DNA of 62,836 nucleotides, the filler included, from Asterionella formosa (Eukaryota), in assembly GCA_002256025.1 (NCBI GenBank). It is 24 parts of 24 records of this genome, joined end to end, with 100 filler letters (N's around TTAATTAATTAA, not from the genome) between each part and the next. Parts side by side here need not be neighbours in the genome. Positions count along the whole stretch, not along the records: positions 4,881 to 22,859 come from NKIB01004201.1; positions 22,960 to 24,078 come from NKIB01004202.1; 22 more parts are not named here. The stretch is one strand, 5' to 3'. The position numbers and the translations under genes are program-made. Below, one piece after another: positions 10,837-24,078 of this stretch. Under the pieces are notes generated by a model that was not told the origin of the DNA, ran no database searches, and worked only from the letters and a program-made list of their open reading frames with translations. Each line of letters begins with the position of its first letter. Within the stretch, counting starts at the first letter, position 1.

Positions 10837-12617
10837 ATGAGGCTCGCCAGTGCCCTCTCGCTGCCATGCTTATTTGTCACTTCTAACGCCTTGGTCAGTC
10901 GACCCTCCTTGATCAATACGGCGTCGCAGAATGCCAAGCGTTCCACCCCGACTTTAACAATGTCGGCATCGAGCGACTACGACTTACTCGGCTTGCCGGC
11001 TCGCCCGGGACGTCCCTTGAAGGTTGCCATTGCTGGTGGCGGCGTCGGTGGATTGACGGCTGCTCTTTGTATGCTCAAAAAGGGATTTGATGTAACCGTG
11101 TACGAGAAAACCCAGGCTTTTGCTCGGTTCGGAGGTCCTATTCAGTTCGCCAGCAATGCCTTGTCAGTCCTTAAAGAGATTGATGACACACTTTTTGAAC
11201 GCGTCATGGAGAAGTTTACCTTTACTGGAACCAGAGCTTGTGGTATCAAGGATGGACTCAGAAGTGATGGGACGTTCCGAATGACGGAGGACTCACTTGA
11301 CTACCTCTTCAATTCGGATGCTCCTGCTGATTGGTTTGTCAAGTTCCCCTTGAAGGAATGTGCTGATCTATACGGCCTTCCCTACACTGGTGTTATTGAC
11401 AGGCCTGACTTGCAAGAGATCCTTATTGACGAGTGTAGAAAAATAAAACCAAATTTCATACAGAACGGAAACCCTGTAGAAAGTTACGAGACCAAGGGAA
11501 AGGGACAAGGAGTCGATGTCATTTTGGCAGATGGAACCATCGTTGATGCTGATGTTTTGGTTGGTTCTGATGGAATCTGGTCGTCTGTACGAGCCAAAAT
11601 GTACGGCGAAGAAATCAAGAAGTCCAGCAAGGACCTAAAAATGCGTCAGGGTTGCACCTACTCTGGCTATACTGTTTTTGCTGGAGAGACAGTCTTTAAG
11701 ACTCCTGACTACTATGAAACTGGATACAAGGTATATATTGGACCTCAACGTTACTTTGTTACAAGTGATGTTGGTGACGGCCGAATTCAATGGTATGCAT
11801 TCTTTGCTTTGCCGCCTGGCAGTAAAAAAGCTCCAAGTGGATGGGGTGGTAGCGTACGCGATGAACAGGCGAATCCAGAAGAAGATTTGGTTGCCTATAT
11901 TAAGTCACTTCATGAAGGCTGGACGGACGAGGTTATGAAGGTTTTGGATGCAACCCCTCCAGACAGTGTGGAACAAAGGGACCTTTACGACCGTGCCCCT
12001 GAGTTCATTCGAGGATGGACAGATGGCAACGTGGTGTTGATGGGTGACGCAGTGCATGCGATGATGCCCAATTTGGGACAAGGTTCGTTCTTGTGGTGGA
12101 TCTAACAGCTTTGCTTCTCTTTTAAGCTGATCATGTCGTTTTATCGTTGTCCTGTACAGGTGGTTGTCAAGCGATTGAAGATGCTTACGTTCTCACAGAG
12201 CAATTAGCTAACACAAAAAGCACTTCGAAGATCGAAGATGCACTCAAGGGATACTTCAACAAGCGAATTATCCGCGTTAGTGTTGTTCAATTCATGAGTC
12301 GATTAGCAAGTGATTTGATTATCAATGCATTCGATACCCCGTGGAGTCCACATGACGACCTCGGAAAATCATGGAAGTCATACCTAACGTTCTTCTGGAA
12401 ACCTATCTTGCAGTACGTAATCTTCCCTCTACAATTTGCTTACCTGTATTCATACTACCCAACTGGAAGTATGAAGGAAATTGCTGCTGACCTTGAAGAA
12501 AAGTGGAGGACAAAGCATTTTGAAGCATCCGAGGAAGTGTTTGCTCGGGTGGCCACTGAAGGGCAGACTGCTTCGGGGCCATCATTCTTCAAGAAAGCAG
12601 AGGTTGTCCGTAATTAA
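10837..12617 (+). CDS. ZEP: Zeaxanthin epoxidase (FAD monooxygenase; most like diatom ZEP2 from recall); 2 exons (10837-12082, 12160-12617)
   Basis: VAIAGGGVGGL FAD motif, FGGPIQFASNAL, LVGSDGIWS, QRYFVTSDVG, GDAVHAMMPNLGQG|GCQAIEDA; GT-AG intron 12083-12159; N-terminal signal peptide. Confidence 0.93.
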
Positions 12618-12664
12618 AATAGGCTATAGGCAAATGATTTCGAATCGGTTTCAAAATGACTGCA

Positions 12665-13939
12665 CTATTGCGTAGGTCTTTTCACTGAATTACTGTGTAT
12701 TTGAGACGCAAGCTTCAAATCATCCTTATCAAGGGTGCCATTCTCGGTTATGTCAAGTCGATCAAACTGTTCGTTCAATTCCTGAAGTTGCTGTGCATCT
12801 ACCAACCTTAGTTCCACAAGCATTCCTTGGATATACTCGTCTCGAGACACCGTACCATCACCATTAGCGTCCAATTGTAACAAGTAATCCATGGTTAGTT
12901 CTCGGTGCAATGCTCTCTCGTAAGCTTCTTTTTGTCGCTGCTCAGTCAAAAAAGCTGCAACATTTCCAAGGACTTCTCCTGCTGCCGCTACTGCCAAAGG
13001 AATGAAAGCAATTGCCCAGATTCTGCCTGCATTTGTTTTCGGAGAGAAATCTCCGAATCCAAGAGTGCCCGCTGTAATGAAAGAGTAGTAAAGCGAGTCT
13101 CGCCATTGCCAGCCTTCCAATCGGCCCATAACAAGCCCTCCAAAGATCAAAACTGAGGAAGCAGATAGGACATTGATGACTGTTTCCATTAGTTTTCCAT
13201 TGATATTTTGTTTCCACGAGGGAATCAAAACTGGTTCCCTTTTTTCTTGAACCATCTTAGGTCGAGTCCTGTTGCTTGCAACTATAGTTGGCATTGCGTC
13301 CAGAACGCTCATAATATGTTGTCGACTTGCTTTTTCGGCTGCCTGTATTGCTTCGACTTCAGCATTGATCAAGCGTGTTCCGATGGTTGAAATCACTGCT
13401 CCCAAGATGACAACTCCTCCCAATCCATAGAGACAAGTAAAATACTTGGAGGCCACATTCGATGGACACACGTCGCCATACCCTACAGTAGTGAAGGATA
13501 CAACCGAAAAGTAGAGTGCATCCACGACAGACCACTTTTCCAAGAAAACAGAATAGGCCAAAACTCCCGTTCCTAAATAAGCAGCGATAGCCATCAAACA
13601 TTCGGACAATGTGAATCCTGAATCTGTAGAATCATTAGCCATTCCTCGAAGCATTGGAAATGGTAGCGTCATTCCCTTCCACAGTAATTGTAATAAATTG
13701 GTGACAGCGCGCTCGACTGCGTTCGGAGGGCCCTTGTCCGAATTTGGCGGAGTCACGACGTCATTGAGCGTTGCTCCACGTCGGTATGACCTCTTTTGGA
13801 TTTGCGGATGCACTTGTGACACTAATTTCCTTCCAATTGATAGAGACAAGAACTGCAAGCCCGAGAAAGCAAAGGACTTGGTAGGCAACGTAACCATAAT
13901 GGCAGAAACAGCAACCAGAAGGGGTCGTTTCGTCAACAT
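12665..13939 (-). CDS. Two-pore (TPK/KCO-like) K+ channel with two EF-hands, probably plastid-targeted
   Basis: Two pore loops (FTTVGYGD, AGTLGFGD), 4 TM segments, EF-hands DANGDGTVSRDEY and DITENGTLDKDDL; signal peptide ending SFA-F. Confidence 0.9.
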   Translation of the reverse strand: MLTKRPLLVAVSAIMVTLPTKSFAFSGLQFLSLSIGRKLVSQVHPQIQKRSYRRGATLNDVVTPPNSDKGPPNAVERAVTNLLQLLWKGMTLPFPMLRGMANDSTDSGFTLSECLMAIAAYLGTGVLAYSVFLEKWSVVDALYFSVVSFTTVGYGDVCPSNVASKYFTCLYGLGGVVILGAVISTIGTRLINAEVEAIQAAEKASRQHIMSVLDAMPTIVASNRTRPKMVQEKREPVLIPSWKQNINGKLMETVINVLSASSVLIFGGLVMGRLEGWQWRDSLYYSFITAGTLGFGDFSPKTNAGRIWAIAFIPLAVAAAGEVLGNVAAFLTEQRQKEAYERALHRELTMDYLLQLDANGDGTVSRDEYIQGMLVELRLVDAQQLQELNEQFDRLDITENGTLDKDDLKLASQIHSNSVKRPTQ

Positions 13940-14618
13940 GGCGAGTTATAATTTATCGAGCGACGTTGAAAGCAACAAAATCACAATGTTGATTACCGGT
14001 ATATGTGAGATTAGTTTACATACCGGTATGGTACGAGAGTGAAGTCTGAACAATGAAGTAGCTATCATACATGGTTGTTGAGTCTCAAAGGCGACCCAAA
14101 GAAGTTTTTGATTAGCATCGCAAATGCATAGCAATGTACCAGAACATCGATGAAGCGTGCATTATATACATTATTGAACATAAAGAATGCTTGTTTATGA
14201 TAGATAAAAAAGAGTAAATGTTTGACACAAATGTCATGATCAAAACATGTATTACATACATGTATGAATATATGTATATCGGTATTAGAATGACGTCGTG
14301 ATCATAGCTTTGTAATCCAGCATTACCGGTATTAAAATGAACATTTTCGTTCTTATTAATATGTGTATATATACAAATACCGGCATACTATATTATAGAC
14401 TACCAGGTACCGGTATTCGCTCAGGCAAGGAACATAGTATCATGATGTTGTAAGAAACATACATTTAACGGTATTCGTCCAACGCTGACCGTTCATGTTC
14501 CTGACAAACACATGTTGTAGAGTAGAGTACTAGGTACCTGGTACCTGGTACCAGGTGCGGGTAGCTACAAACCATGTATTCCGAGTGCCAGGTACCAGGT
14601 ACCTGGTACCCGGCACAT

Positions 14619-14710
14619 GCAAGTTGCGGTCATTCAGGTTAAACAAACAATTAAATAAAGGATAAAGATAGCTAAAGTTTTAGTTTCAGCACTATTAGCC
14701 CAGAAATTGC
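14619..14710. mobile_element. Diverged second copy of the 90-bp hairpin mini-MITE
   Basis: gcaagttgcggt...ggataaagatagctaaa(g/c)ttttagtttcag shared with 10411-10500; also adjoins a GGTACC tract. Confidence 0.7.
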
Positions 14711-14908
14711 TTGTAAATGGATCAACAGCCAGCCAGAATCACAGAAGTCGTAACGAAAATAAGCTCATAACCTGAAAGGGATTGGCTCAAGTGTACTCCA
14801 ACAAGACACCATCATGGTCCTGTTGTTGGCTGATGATTGCAATACTCGTTCTATTCTTGATTATCTGAAAGCATCCATTGCTTCCCTTCGCACAGCACTC
14901 CGAGTAAA

Positions 14909-15683
14909 ATGTCTATCGTTGGAAACAACCGTGTTGGTATTCCAATTGTCTTGCTGCACGACGCGGAAGGTGCAGTCATTACTGTGGAAACTAAGCAAGG
15001 CGAGTTGATTCGAGGTCTGTTGTTTGAAGCTGAAGACATGATGAATCTTTATATCAAGAATGCGGTTATTACTGATCCTAAAGGAGTCAAACGCAAGACA
15101 AATCAAGTCTATCTGCGAGGACCAGAAATTCTTTTCATTGTCCTGCCTACGATGCTGCAGCATGCTCCCATGTTTGGAAGGTACGTGTGTGTGTTGTCCT
15201 CCATGTGTCTTCTTTATGTGCGTTTAGACGGTAGTTAGAATCGGAAGGTCGGATATTTCTACTTGATGGTCGCTTTGTAGTTTCAAGGTGAGTGCTTTGC
15301 TACTGGATCATTGCTAACCTACCTTTTGGCTCTGATCTGACCACCGTTGCACAAACATATTCAGAATTAAGCACTGGCGGAAACATGGTGGAGCTCCGCC
15401 AGAAGGAGTTGGGGCCGCGGTAGGTCAAGCGGCTGCCATCTTGAGAAAGGCCAACGAGAGACGACGAGGAGGTTTCGGTGGCAGAGGTGGTGGCGGAGGA
15501 GGAGGAGGAAGCGGTAGATTTGGGAGAGGTCCTGGAGGGTCAGAGGGAGGACCGCCAGGGCGTGGTGGGTTTTCTGGTGGACGAGGACAGCCGTTTGCTG
15601 GCAGGGGATATAGTCGACCCTTTGGTGGGCCTCCTGGTGGCCAGTATGGTGGACCTCCAAGTGGCCAGTATGGTCCACGATGA
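14909..15683 (+). CDS. SNRPD3: Small nuclear ribonucleoprotein Sm D3; 2 exons (14909-15180, 15365-15683)
   Basis: VGIPIVLLHDAEG...EAEDMMN...VYLRG...LQHAPMF Sm fold and RG/G-rich tail; GT-AG intron 15181-15364. Confidence 0.92.
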
Positions 15684-16509
15684 GACAGTTGTTAGTATTA
15701 TTAGTTGAAAAAACAAAAAGGAAACTACTACCCTACTTACTTGATCGAACATCAAATAAAGGAATTGAACAAATAATGGTACAGTACGAATTGCTGATGG
15801 TAGGTTAGTTGCAGCCGCATAAAAAATGGGTGAGTGCAGTATCTCCAGCGAAACAATCGTGTGATCTAACCAGCGCATAAAGACTGGCAACACACATGCA
15901 TATTACAAAGGGGTCAGAAAAGCTGCAACTCGTTGTGTTTACATATTAATGACAATAACAACATACGCTATGTTATACTGGGCTACTTGGAGTGCAATGC
16001 ATGATCATACTGGTAGTTCTAATGGGATTGATTGGGGGTCATAGGCATATGAGAATACACTTCATACATGAATAACTAAAATTCAAAAGCACGATGATCA
16101 AATCACTACAGTGGATAGATAGATATGTGATTTACTACTGCATGAAGATGTACGCATATTTTTTACAATTGAGATCTACTTACCGGTAGCGGCATTTCAT
16201 TAAATGAACACTGCCTACTACCGGTACTCTGGTATGTACATTTACGAGTCTCATCGAGATGACGGTGAGGAGGTCGGGACTTCCTATGAATGATACCCAT
16301 GTTGGAAGACGTTTCGTAGTACCATAGTAGTGTACGAGAAGAAATGATCGTCACATGATGTGCACCAAGGATTTTTTTCGATCCTCCTTCTTTCTTCGTT
16401 TCACACTTCTCTCGAAAGATCGAAACCCATCCTACTATTTGCTGGTGGTAACCGGGTACTAATCACCTGCGCCTCAAAACTTTTTCACCAACCGCAAAAT
16501 AAAACGAAA

Positions 16510-18333
16510 ATGTTACGCGCCGTTGTCCAACGAAGTGCTCCTAGAGCCACTCATGGCGCCATCCGCCTCATGAGCAAGGAGATCAAATTTGGTGTTGAGG
16601 GACGAGCAGCCATGCTGAGAGGAGTTGACCTCTTGGCGAATACTGTCCAGGTAAGGAGCGTTTTGATGGGTTATGTGTCCGTCGCATCACTTTCTAAGAA
16701 CATCGTACTGACTAACAGATGTTTGCCCATCGCCTCTGCCACTTTTGATTAGGTGACACTCGGACCCAAAGGACGCAATGTTATTATCGCCCAGCCATAC
16801 GGGCCTCCCAAAATTACCAAGGATGGTGTGACTGTTGCCAAGTCCATCGATCTTGCAGACAAGTTTGAAGATATGGGCGCGCAATTAATCAAGAGTGTCG
16901 CTAGCAAAACTAACGATGTTGCCGGAGATGGAACCACCACCGCTACGGTTCTTGCGAGAGCCATCTACTCTGAAGGCTGCAAGGCTGTGGCTGCTGGCTT
17001 GAATCCGATGGATCTTCGTAGAGGCATTCAGTTGGCTGTTGATTCAGTTGTTGATACATTGGGCAAGATTAGTCGACCCATCACTTCCAAGGAAGAGGTG
17101 GCTCAGGTTGGAACCATTTCTGCGAATGCCGATGAGGAGATTGGTGCTTTGCTTTCTGATGCTATGGAGCGAGTCGGGAAGGAGGGTGTCATCACCGTTC
17201 AGGACGGAAAGACCCTTGAGAACGAGCTTGAGGTTGTCGAAGGAATGAGATTTGAACGGGGTTTCATTTCTCCATATTTCATCACCAATCCCAAGACACA
17301 GACGGTAGAAATGGATAATCCTCTCATCCTTTTGGTCGAGAAAAAGGTCAGCTCTCTTCAGCAGATGATCCCCCTTTTGGAGTCAGTTATCAAGACGCAG
17401 GCATCGCTGTTGATCATTGCTGAAGATGTTGAGTCTGAAGCCCTTGCCACTCTCGTTGTCAACAAGCTACGAGCTGGAATCAAAGTATGTGCCGTCAAAG
17501 CACCTGGTTTCGGTGACAACCGTAAGGGAAGCATGCAAGATATTGCGATCTTGACTGGAGCGACAATTGTGTCGGAGGATGTTGGCATAAAGTTGGAGGA
17601 GGTCCAACCTATTCACCTAGGAACATGCAAGAAGGTTACCATCACCAAGAACGATACTATCCTGTTGGACGGAGGTGGTGACAGTGCCGTACTTGCCGAG
17701 AGATGCGACTTTATCCGTGATTCCATCGAAACCACGAAGTCAGACTATGAGCGTGAAAAACTCCAAGAGAGACTCGCCAAGCTCTCCGGTGGAGTTGCTA
17801 TTATCAAGGTGGGAGGTGCTTCCGAAATTGAAGTTAATGAAAAGAAGGATCGCGTCGTTGATGCTCTGAATGCTACCCGAGCTGCTGTCGAAGAAGGCAT
17901 TGTTCCAGGAGGAGGAAAGGCCCTGCTTTACGCATCCACACTTCTGCCAGCCATTGCGGACAAGTATGCTAAAAATATGGACCAACGCATTGGAATTGAG
18001 ATTATTCAACGTGCGCTCCGTGCCCCGATTACCACTATTGCTGCTAACGCCGGAGAGGAAGGAGCTGTAGTCTGCGGTGAGCTCACAAAACCTGGTGTCG
18101 CCATTGAGCTAGGATTTAATGCAGCCGATGGAACTTACGTCGATATGTTCGCTGCCGGAATCATTGACCCCACCAAAGTAACGCGAACAGGACTCGTTGA
18201 TGCTGCATCTGTTTCTGGTCTGCTGACAACCTCTGAAGCTATGATTGTTGATAAGCCTGAAGAGGGCGGTGCGCCAGGAGGTGGCATGGGAGGTGGTATG
18301 GGTGGAATGGGAGGCATGGGTGGCATGATGTAA
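16510..18333 (+). CDS. HSP60: Mitochondrial chaperonin 60; 2 exons (16510-16650, 16753-18333)
   Basis: Mitochondrial presequence [37 protein letters not shown] and GGM tail; intron 16651-16752. Confidence 0.97.
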
Positions 18334-18520
18334 TCACGTTTAGAGAAATAAAATACTCACTTGCACACTCATTATAGTGGAGTAGACTATTTGAAGCAAA
18401 TCTAGGTAGGTGCTTAGAGTTAAAATAATCCAGAAATTCCGACAAACATGCGAATCACCACGAAAACTCCAACATTCGATAGGGCAATCGAAATCTAATT
18501 CTCATAAGGGATACACCTTA

Positions 18521-20281
18521 TTAATCCGGCTCTGAATTCGAGTCACTCGAGCTATCATATGCATGATTGCGGTGTTGTAGGCGTTGAAGGAGGGATTGGT
18601 TTGCAACATTGGGTTGTTCGTTTCCCAACAAGAACGATATGGCGTCGTCAAAGTCATGGAAGCTGACTGCTCGAATATTCTGAAAACCCTTCAATAACAG
18701 AATTCTGGCAACTTCATCCCCGTCCTTTGCTTTGCTGGCATTTTTCTGAGAAGATTCGTCGCCGCCACTTTGCTTGAGCTTCTTGGCTCGTCGCTTGGCA
18801 CGGGCAGCAGAACGAAGGCATTCGCGAACGGGGGCCATTGCTGCTTCTCTTGTCAAAGACTCCAAATCTGAACCAGACCAACCTTCGGTGGCAATGGCGA
18901 TGTCATCAAGTTGAGCTTTCGAGAGGGTATTTTCGATGCCCAGCAGGTGCTTGTTGATAATTTTCCAACGGTCCCTTTTCGCAGGGAGGCCTACTTGAAG
19001 ACGAATGGCAAATCGTCGAACCAATGCAGGATCACAATCCTCTGGACGATTGGTTGCTGCCACAACTATCACTTTGATTTTGGTGGCGCATATGGTATTT
19101 GGTGAATCCAGGCTACCTCGATAGTCTTCGTCTTCGTCACTGCCTGAATCATATACTTCTTCCTTGCTATGAGCTCCATCGTGTTCTTCCATTACAGCTG
19201 CGTCATCCGATCTGTCGGACTTCGTCAGATTCGTCAACTGAATGAGGAGTTCCGCCAAGATGCGGCGCGATGATCCGTCTGCACCACCGCTGCTAGCAAG
19301 GCCACTATTTTCTTCTCCGCCTCTTGATTGCCCGAGTGCGTCAATCTCATCAAAGAAAAGCACGGTACACCGACTTTCAGTTCGGATGGCAAGTCGAGCG
19401 GCTTTGAACGCGGGTTAGAGGCGATACTCGCAAAACATATGCTTATAAAGCAGCTAGTACATGTAGTAGTCTCACCTTTTTTGAAAAGATCACGGATGGA
19501 AGCTTCAGATTCACCAACATATTTACTAAGCACATCGCTAGGACCAACTGTCATGAACGCAGCTTGAGCTTCACCTGCAATTGCACGGGCAAGTTGTGTC
19601 TTCGTGTGCATCATTAATGTCAGACAAAAGGAAACGCTATTATTGGTACAATTCAAATTTGACAAGAAAACTCACCTTTCCGCACCCAGGAGGGCCATAT
19701 AACAATAAAGAAGCTGGTAATGATCTCACTCCTTTCAAGATAGAATTGGTCAGGGATGATGGAAGGGCCAAAGGCAAGAGCATTTCATCGATTCGTAGCT
19801 TGACAGCACCATGACCGATGATGTCGCTGAACCGAGTTGTCAAATATGTCAATTGTAGACTATCTTCCTCGACTTGCTGCTCGTATTCTTCCGAATGCCC
19901 TCCAGAAATTCCCTTTATATTATTGGGAGCAATTTCTCTGTGGTTCTGTTGGTGTTGTTTCTGATTGTGATTGGCTTCCATCAACTCTGAATCTTGACAC
20001 ATCGACCTAGCAGTTGGTCCGTTCATCGTCTGTTGAGAGTCCGAAGCTTCTAAGTTATCGAAGGATACCAATGGAAGCGCGTAAATTTTCTCTGGAACAA
20101 TTTCAGCATTGGTATTTTGAGTGAGTGACTGTTGCCACGGAATCACTCGATCGACTCCTTCTATTGGCAAGACCAAGTCATCGTTCGGAAGTCTAGCTGT
20201 TGCATTTGCAATCGATCGTAGTCGCTTGCTCGGAGGAGGCATAAGGAGTGCATCAACCTCATGATTGCCTTTCAATGTCAT
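18521..20281 (-). CDS. Meiotic-clade AAA+ ATPase (katanin/spastin/fidgetin/Vps4-like); 3 exons (20281-19676, 19599-19476, 19401-18521)
   Basis: Walker A LYGPPGCGK|T, SKYVGESE pore loop, Walker B LFFDEID, AATNRP, Arg finger LVRRF, GWSGSD; canonical GT-AG introns. Confidence 0.88.
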
Positions 20282-20525
20282 CGGATGCAACGTCGAAACA
20301 AATGAAGCAGTGAAGTATCATCGACAAAGTAGTATACTAGAATTGGACCCTGCTGTGGGGTGATCGCGTCTGAGGGTTTTCGAAAAATGATTTTAAAAAG
20401 TTGCCGCCGTGACTGAAACTCGGGAATGTGACTCGACATGTTCGACTACAAGGAATTGCAAACGATAATACTACCGGTATCATTTGAGACAAGCTGTGCC
20501 TCAATTTTCCGCGTGCATTATTACC

Positions 20526-21309
20526 ATGGCGCTTCTGAGCATCGCAATCGTCGGAAAGACCAATGAACCCATCTTTCTCAAGGAGTTCAACAAAGAAGAA
20601 AACGTTGAAGGTATTGGAGAGGTAGAATTATTCGGATTGTCCTTTTCAACGGACCCTACTTCTGGTGACAAGAAAAAGGGGCCGGGGGGATTCAATTGCG
20701 GACTGAAACAACAGTTTATTCTCCATGCAGCTCTCGATAGATTCGACCAACTTGCAGGGCCACCACCGGGATTTGGATGGAGAGATTCAAACACTTCTGG
20801 ACCAGATGCTATGTTTGTAGGCTGTCTATGCCCTGTTGAAGAGAACCGCGTTTATGGTGAGAATCGTCATACCCTTCCAGCCCTGTGTAGGCTAACGAAA
20901 CAACCTTTCATGAGGATCTAACAATCTGATAATAACGCAGGCTACATGTCACAAACAAAGATAAAATTCATCGCGGTCGTGGAGGACGATGCAGTTCCAG
21001 GCCAGACTTCCGTGTCGAACCCAAGGAGAGATTTAGATATCAAGAGGTTAATGGTACGTGCTCGAGACAGTCAGGCATATGCTTGTAATCGGTGAAGCAT
21101 TATAGTTTCGTGCCGAGCATTGAGCTGTCAAAATCTGATGTGCATCGCATTACTCGCAGATTGACGTGCATAGATTATACGTTGAATATACATTGAACCC
21201 ATTCAACCCGATGGGAGATCACAGAATTTTGTCACAGAAATTCGACGAATCTGTTTCCGCAACTGTTGAACTTTTCAACAATCTCGTTCGCCACCAAAAA
21301 AGGAGCTAG
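20526..21309 (+). CDS. TRAPPC2L: TRAPP complex subunit 2-like (Sedlin family); 3 exons (20526-20856, 20941-21053, 21160-21309)
   Basis: SIAIVGKTNEP, FILHAALD, GCLCPVEENRVY|GYMSQTKIKF and HRLYVEYTLNPF motifs. Confidence 0.85.
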
Positions 21310-21372
21310 CCTCACCTACTATTGACAGCCACTGAATATTTACACACAATAACTAAATCTCAAATAATTGAG

Positions 21373-22737
21373 TTATTCAAGATAAGACTCAACAATGTCA
21401 GACTCCATCTTGACCATGTCAAGTCCATCGTCGTGCATTTCCACCTCCAATTCAGTATCTCCCACTGACGTTCCATAGTTAGACAGCGCTAATCGTACCT
21501 CTGTCTCCATCTGAGCCGCCAAACTAGGGTCGCTCTTCAAAAGTTCAACTACATTGAGGCGGCCTTGAGCAATGTTAGTTCCTTTGTAGGCATACCACGA
21601 CCCTTTGCGCTCCACCACATTCAATTCCTGGGCTGCATCCAGCATGCAGCCCATGGTATCGATACCAGAACCAAAGAGAATATCAAAGTTGACCACTTTA
21701 AAAGGCGCAGCAATCTTGTTCTTAACTACTTTGACCTTGACTCGAATTCCAGTGTTATCGGGTAAGATTTCTTTTCTTCGGGTATCTAGACGTACTGATG
21801 CATAAAACTTGAGAGCATTTCCTCCCGAAGTAACCTCTGGGGATCCATAAATTACACCGACCTTAATGATTTGTTAGTGGATTACATAAGCATCTCGGAA
21901 ACGTCGCATTCAGAATTAAAGTTTACATACCTTTGATCTCAGCTGATTAATAAATATCACAGTGCATTGACTCAAGTTTAGTGATCCAGTAATCTTCCGC
22001 ATAGCCTTGGACATGAGGCGAGCTTGCAGACCAATTTGAGAGTCCGACATTTCACCTTCAAGCTCAGCCCTTGGTACCAAAGCTGCCACACTATCCACAA
22101 CGATGACGTCAACAGCTGAGCTTCTTACAAGTTTGTCTACAATATCGAGAGCCATTTCTCCCGAATCGGGTTGTGAAACAAGCAATGCATCGATATCTAC
22201 CCCCATGTTGGCCGCGTACTGAGGATCAAGGGCATGTTCGGCGTCCACAAACGCAGCTGTGCCTCCAACCTTCTGGCATTCCGCAATAGCATGAAGAGCC
22301 AGCGTTGTCTTTCCAGAACTTTCAGGTCCGTAAATTTCTACCACTCGTCCCTTTGGATAGCCTCCACCAAGAGCAGCATCTGTGGAACAAGATGTGAGAA
22401 GGGACTTGAGTGAAAACGGAATTGCCACCAACGCGAGTCAAAGCTCACCAAGTGTCAAGGACCCGGACCCAATACAATCAACGATCATATTCTTAGCATC
22501 TCCCAACTTAACAATTGAACCACGTCCATACGACCGTTCAATCTGCTGCAGTACACCATCGAGGGCAGCCTTCTTGGCCTTGTTTGCCACTGGTTCACCG
22601 TTGTCTTCGCTGCCAACAGATTTCTTGGCGAGCAGCCCAAACTCCATTCTCATTTTTTGGTTCTGAGGAAACAGAAATGCTCCAGCTTCCGTAAGAAGGC
22701 TAGAGAGAACCGAAAACAGGACGAAAGCATGCATCAT
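21373..22737 (-). CDS. recA: Nuclear-encoded bacterial-type recombinase RecA, plastid-targeted; 3 exons (22737-22449, 22379-21931, 21861-21373)
   Basis: [85 protein letters not shown]; signal peptide + AGA-F. Confidence 0.96.
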
Positions 22738-23081
22738 TGTCGTTGTTCTGTGATTATTGATTCGGCAAAACAATATGTTAGTATTATTATATTGGTTGAA
22801 TTTTACACATGCATCATCTTGTTAGGGTTTTAGTAAAACCCTCAGCGGTTATAAATAAGNNNNNNNNNNNNNNNNNNNNNNNNNNNNNNNNNNNNNNNNN
22901 NNNTTAATTAATTAANNNNNNNNNNNNNNNNNNNNNNNNNNNNNNNNNNNNNNNNNNNNTTTTTTGCGAAGTTTTGCTTGTTCGTTTGTTGCTTTGTTCT
23001 TTTCTTCTCCACACAATCTTGTCCTTGCCTTACTGTTGTGATTATTCTGCGCACTAAACACAATATACAACAAGCAGCAGT

Positions 23082-24078
23082 ATGAAAGAAGACAGCAAGG
23101 AAGTCAAGAAAGGCAGCCACTATGATCACGTAAGGTCAGTGAAACCTTCTGGCACTGCAAAACAGAAGAGCGATTATGCCAGCAGGGTACCTTTTGCTGA
23201 CGAAGCAAAGGAGGAAGAACGAGCTCGGGACTCTGAATCTTCACATGGAGAAGACATTAATGGAAAGGAATATGTTAACCACAGGGCTGGACCAGCGCCT
23301 AACATTTTGCAGGAGGATTCTCCTGCGGTGGTGGAGCATGAAGAACCAGGAGCACCTCCACAAACACTTCCTGGAGCAGTCGCAGTGGGAGGGAGTGGTC
23401 ATGCAAGGTCAAGTGCCGACGATGAATGGTCTTTGGAGGAGTCCCAGGGAATAAGTCAGCAACCACTCGCCATGCATAGCATAGAGGGAGGCCAACATGA
23501 GGCCGTGAGTGCCATTCTAGTTGATGAATCTGCCCCTGATATTCCTGCAAGGGTAGCAATTGTCGATGCTGAAGCTGAAGCGAAGGCCCAACGTCGCCGT
23601 AGCATGATTAACATCATGGTATCTTGTGGACTCACAAGTCTTGTTGCGATTGTTGCTGCTGTAGTTGCAGTTGTGCTTACTCGGAACAAGTCAGGCAATG
23701 AGACATTGGCTCCTTTCACATCGAATCCAACATCAGTTCCTCCATCACCAAGTCCAACTTCTGTTTTGTTCCTCTTTTTATCTGAGAACTCGTTTGATAA
23801 TGGGGCTGCACTTTTGACTGACGGCTCCCCACAGCAGCAGGCAATGATCTGGTTAGAAAGTGAGCAAGGTACTGCAGAAATCATGGATACTGAATTACTC
23901 CAAATCTATGCCTTGGTGACCCTTTATTATGCAACCTCTGGAAACCAGGGGTTCAACCAAGGTTATAATGACCAATTCAATAGCAGGTCTTCATGGCTAT
24001 TTAGTATCAACAATTATTGTGAGTGGTTTGGATTGACTTGCAATGCAGATAAAAGCCAGCTCCTTAAAATGAATTTGA
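23082..24078 (+). CDS. Single-pass membrane protein with start of an LRR ectodomain (diatom LRR/'L-domain' family); 3' truncated
   Basis: Disordered N-terminus with PGAVAV, TM helix LVAIVAAVVAVVL, PTxxP stalk, SPQQQAMIWL, YALVTLYYATSG, LRRNT-like YCEWFGLTC. Confidence 0.8.

Noticed and set aside
21373..22737. Bacterial contamination or recent HGT of recA
   Set aside because: It has two spliceosomal introns and a bipartite plastid presequence; a normal nuclear-encoded organellar RecA.
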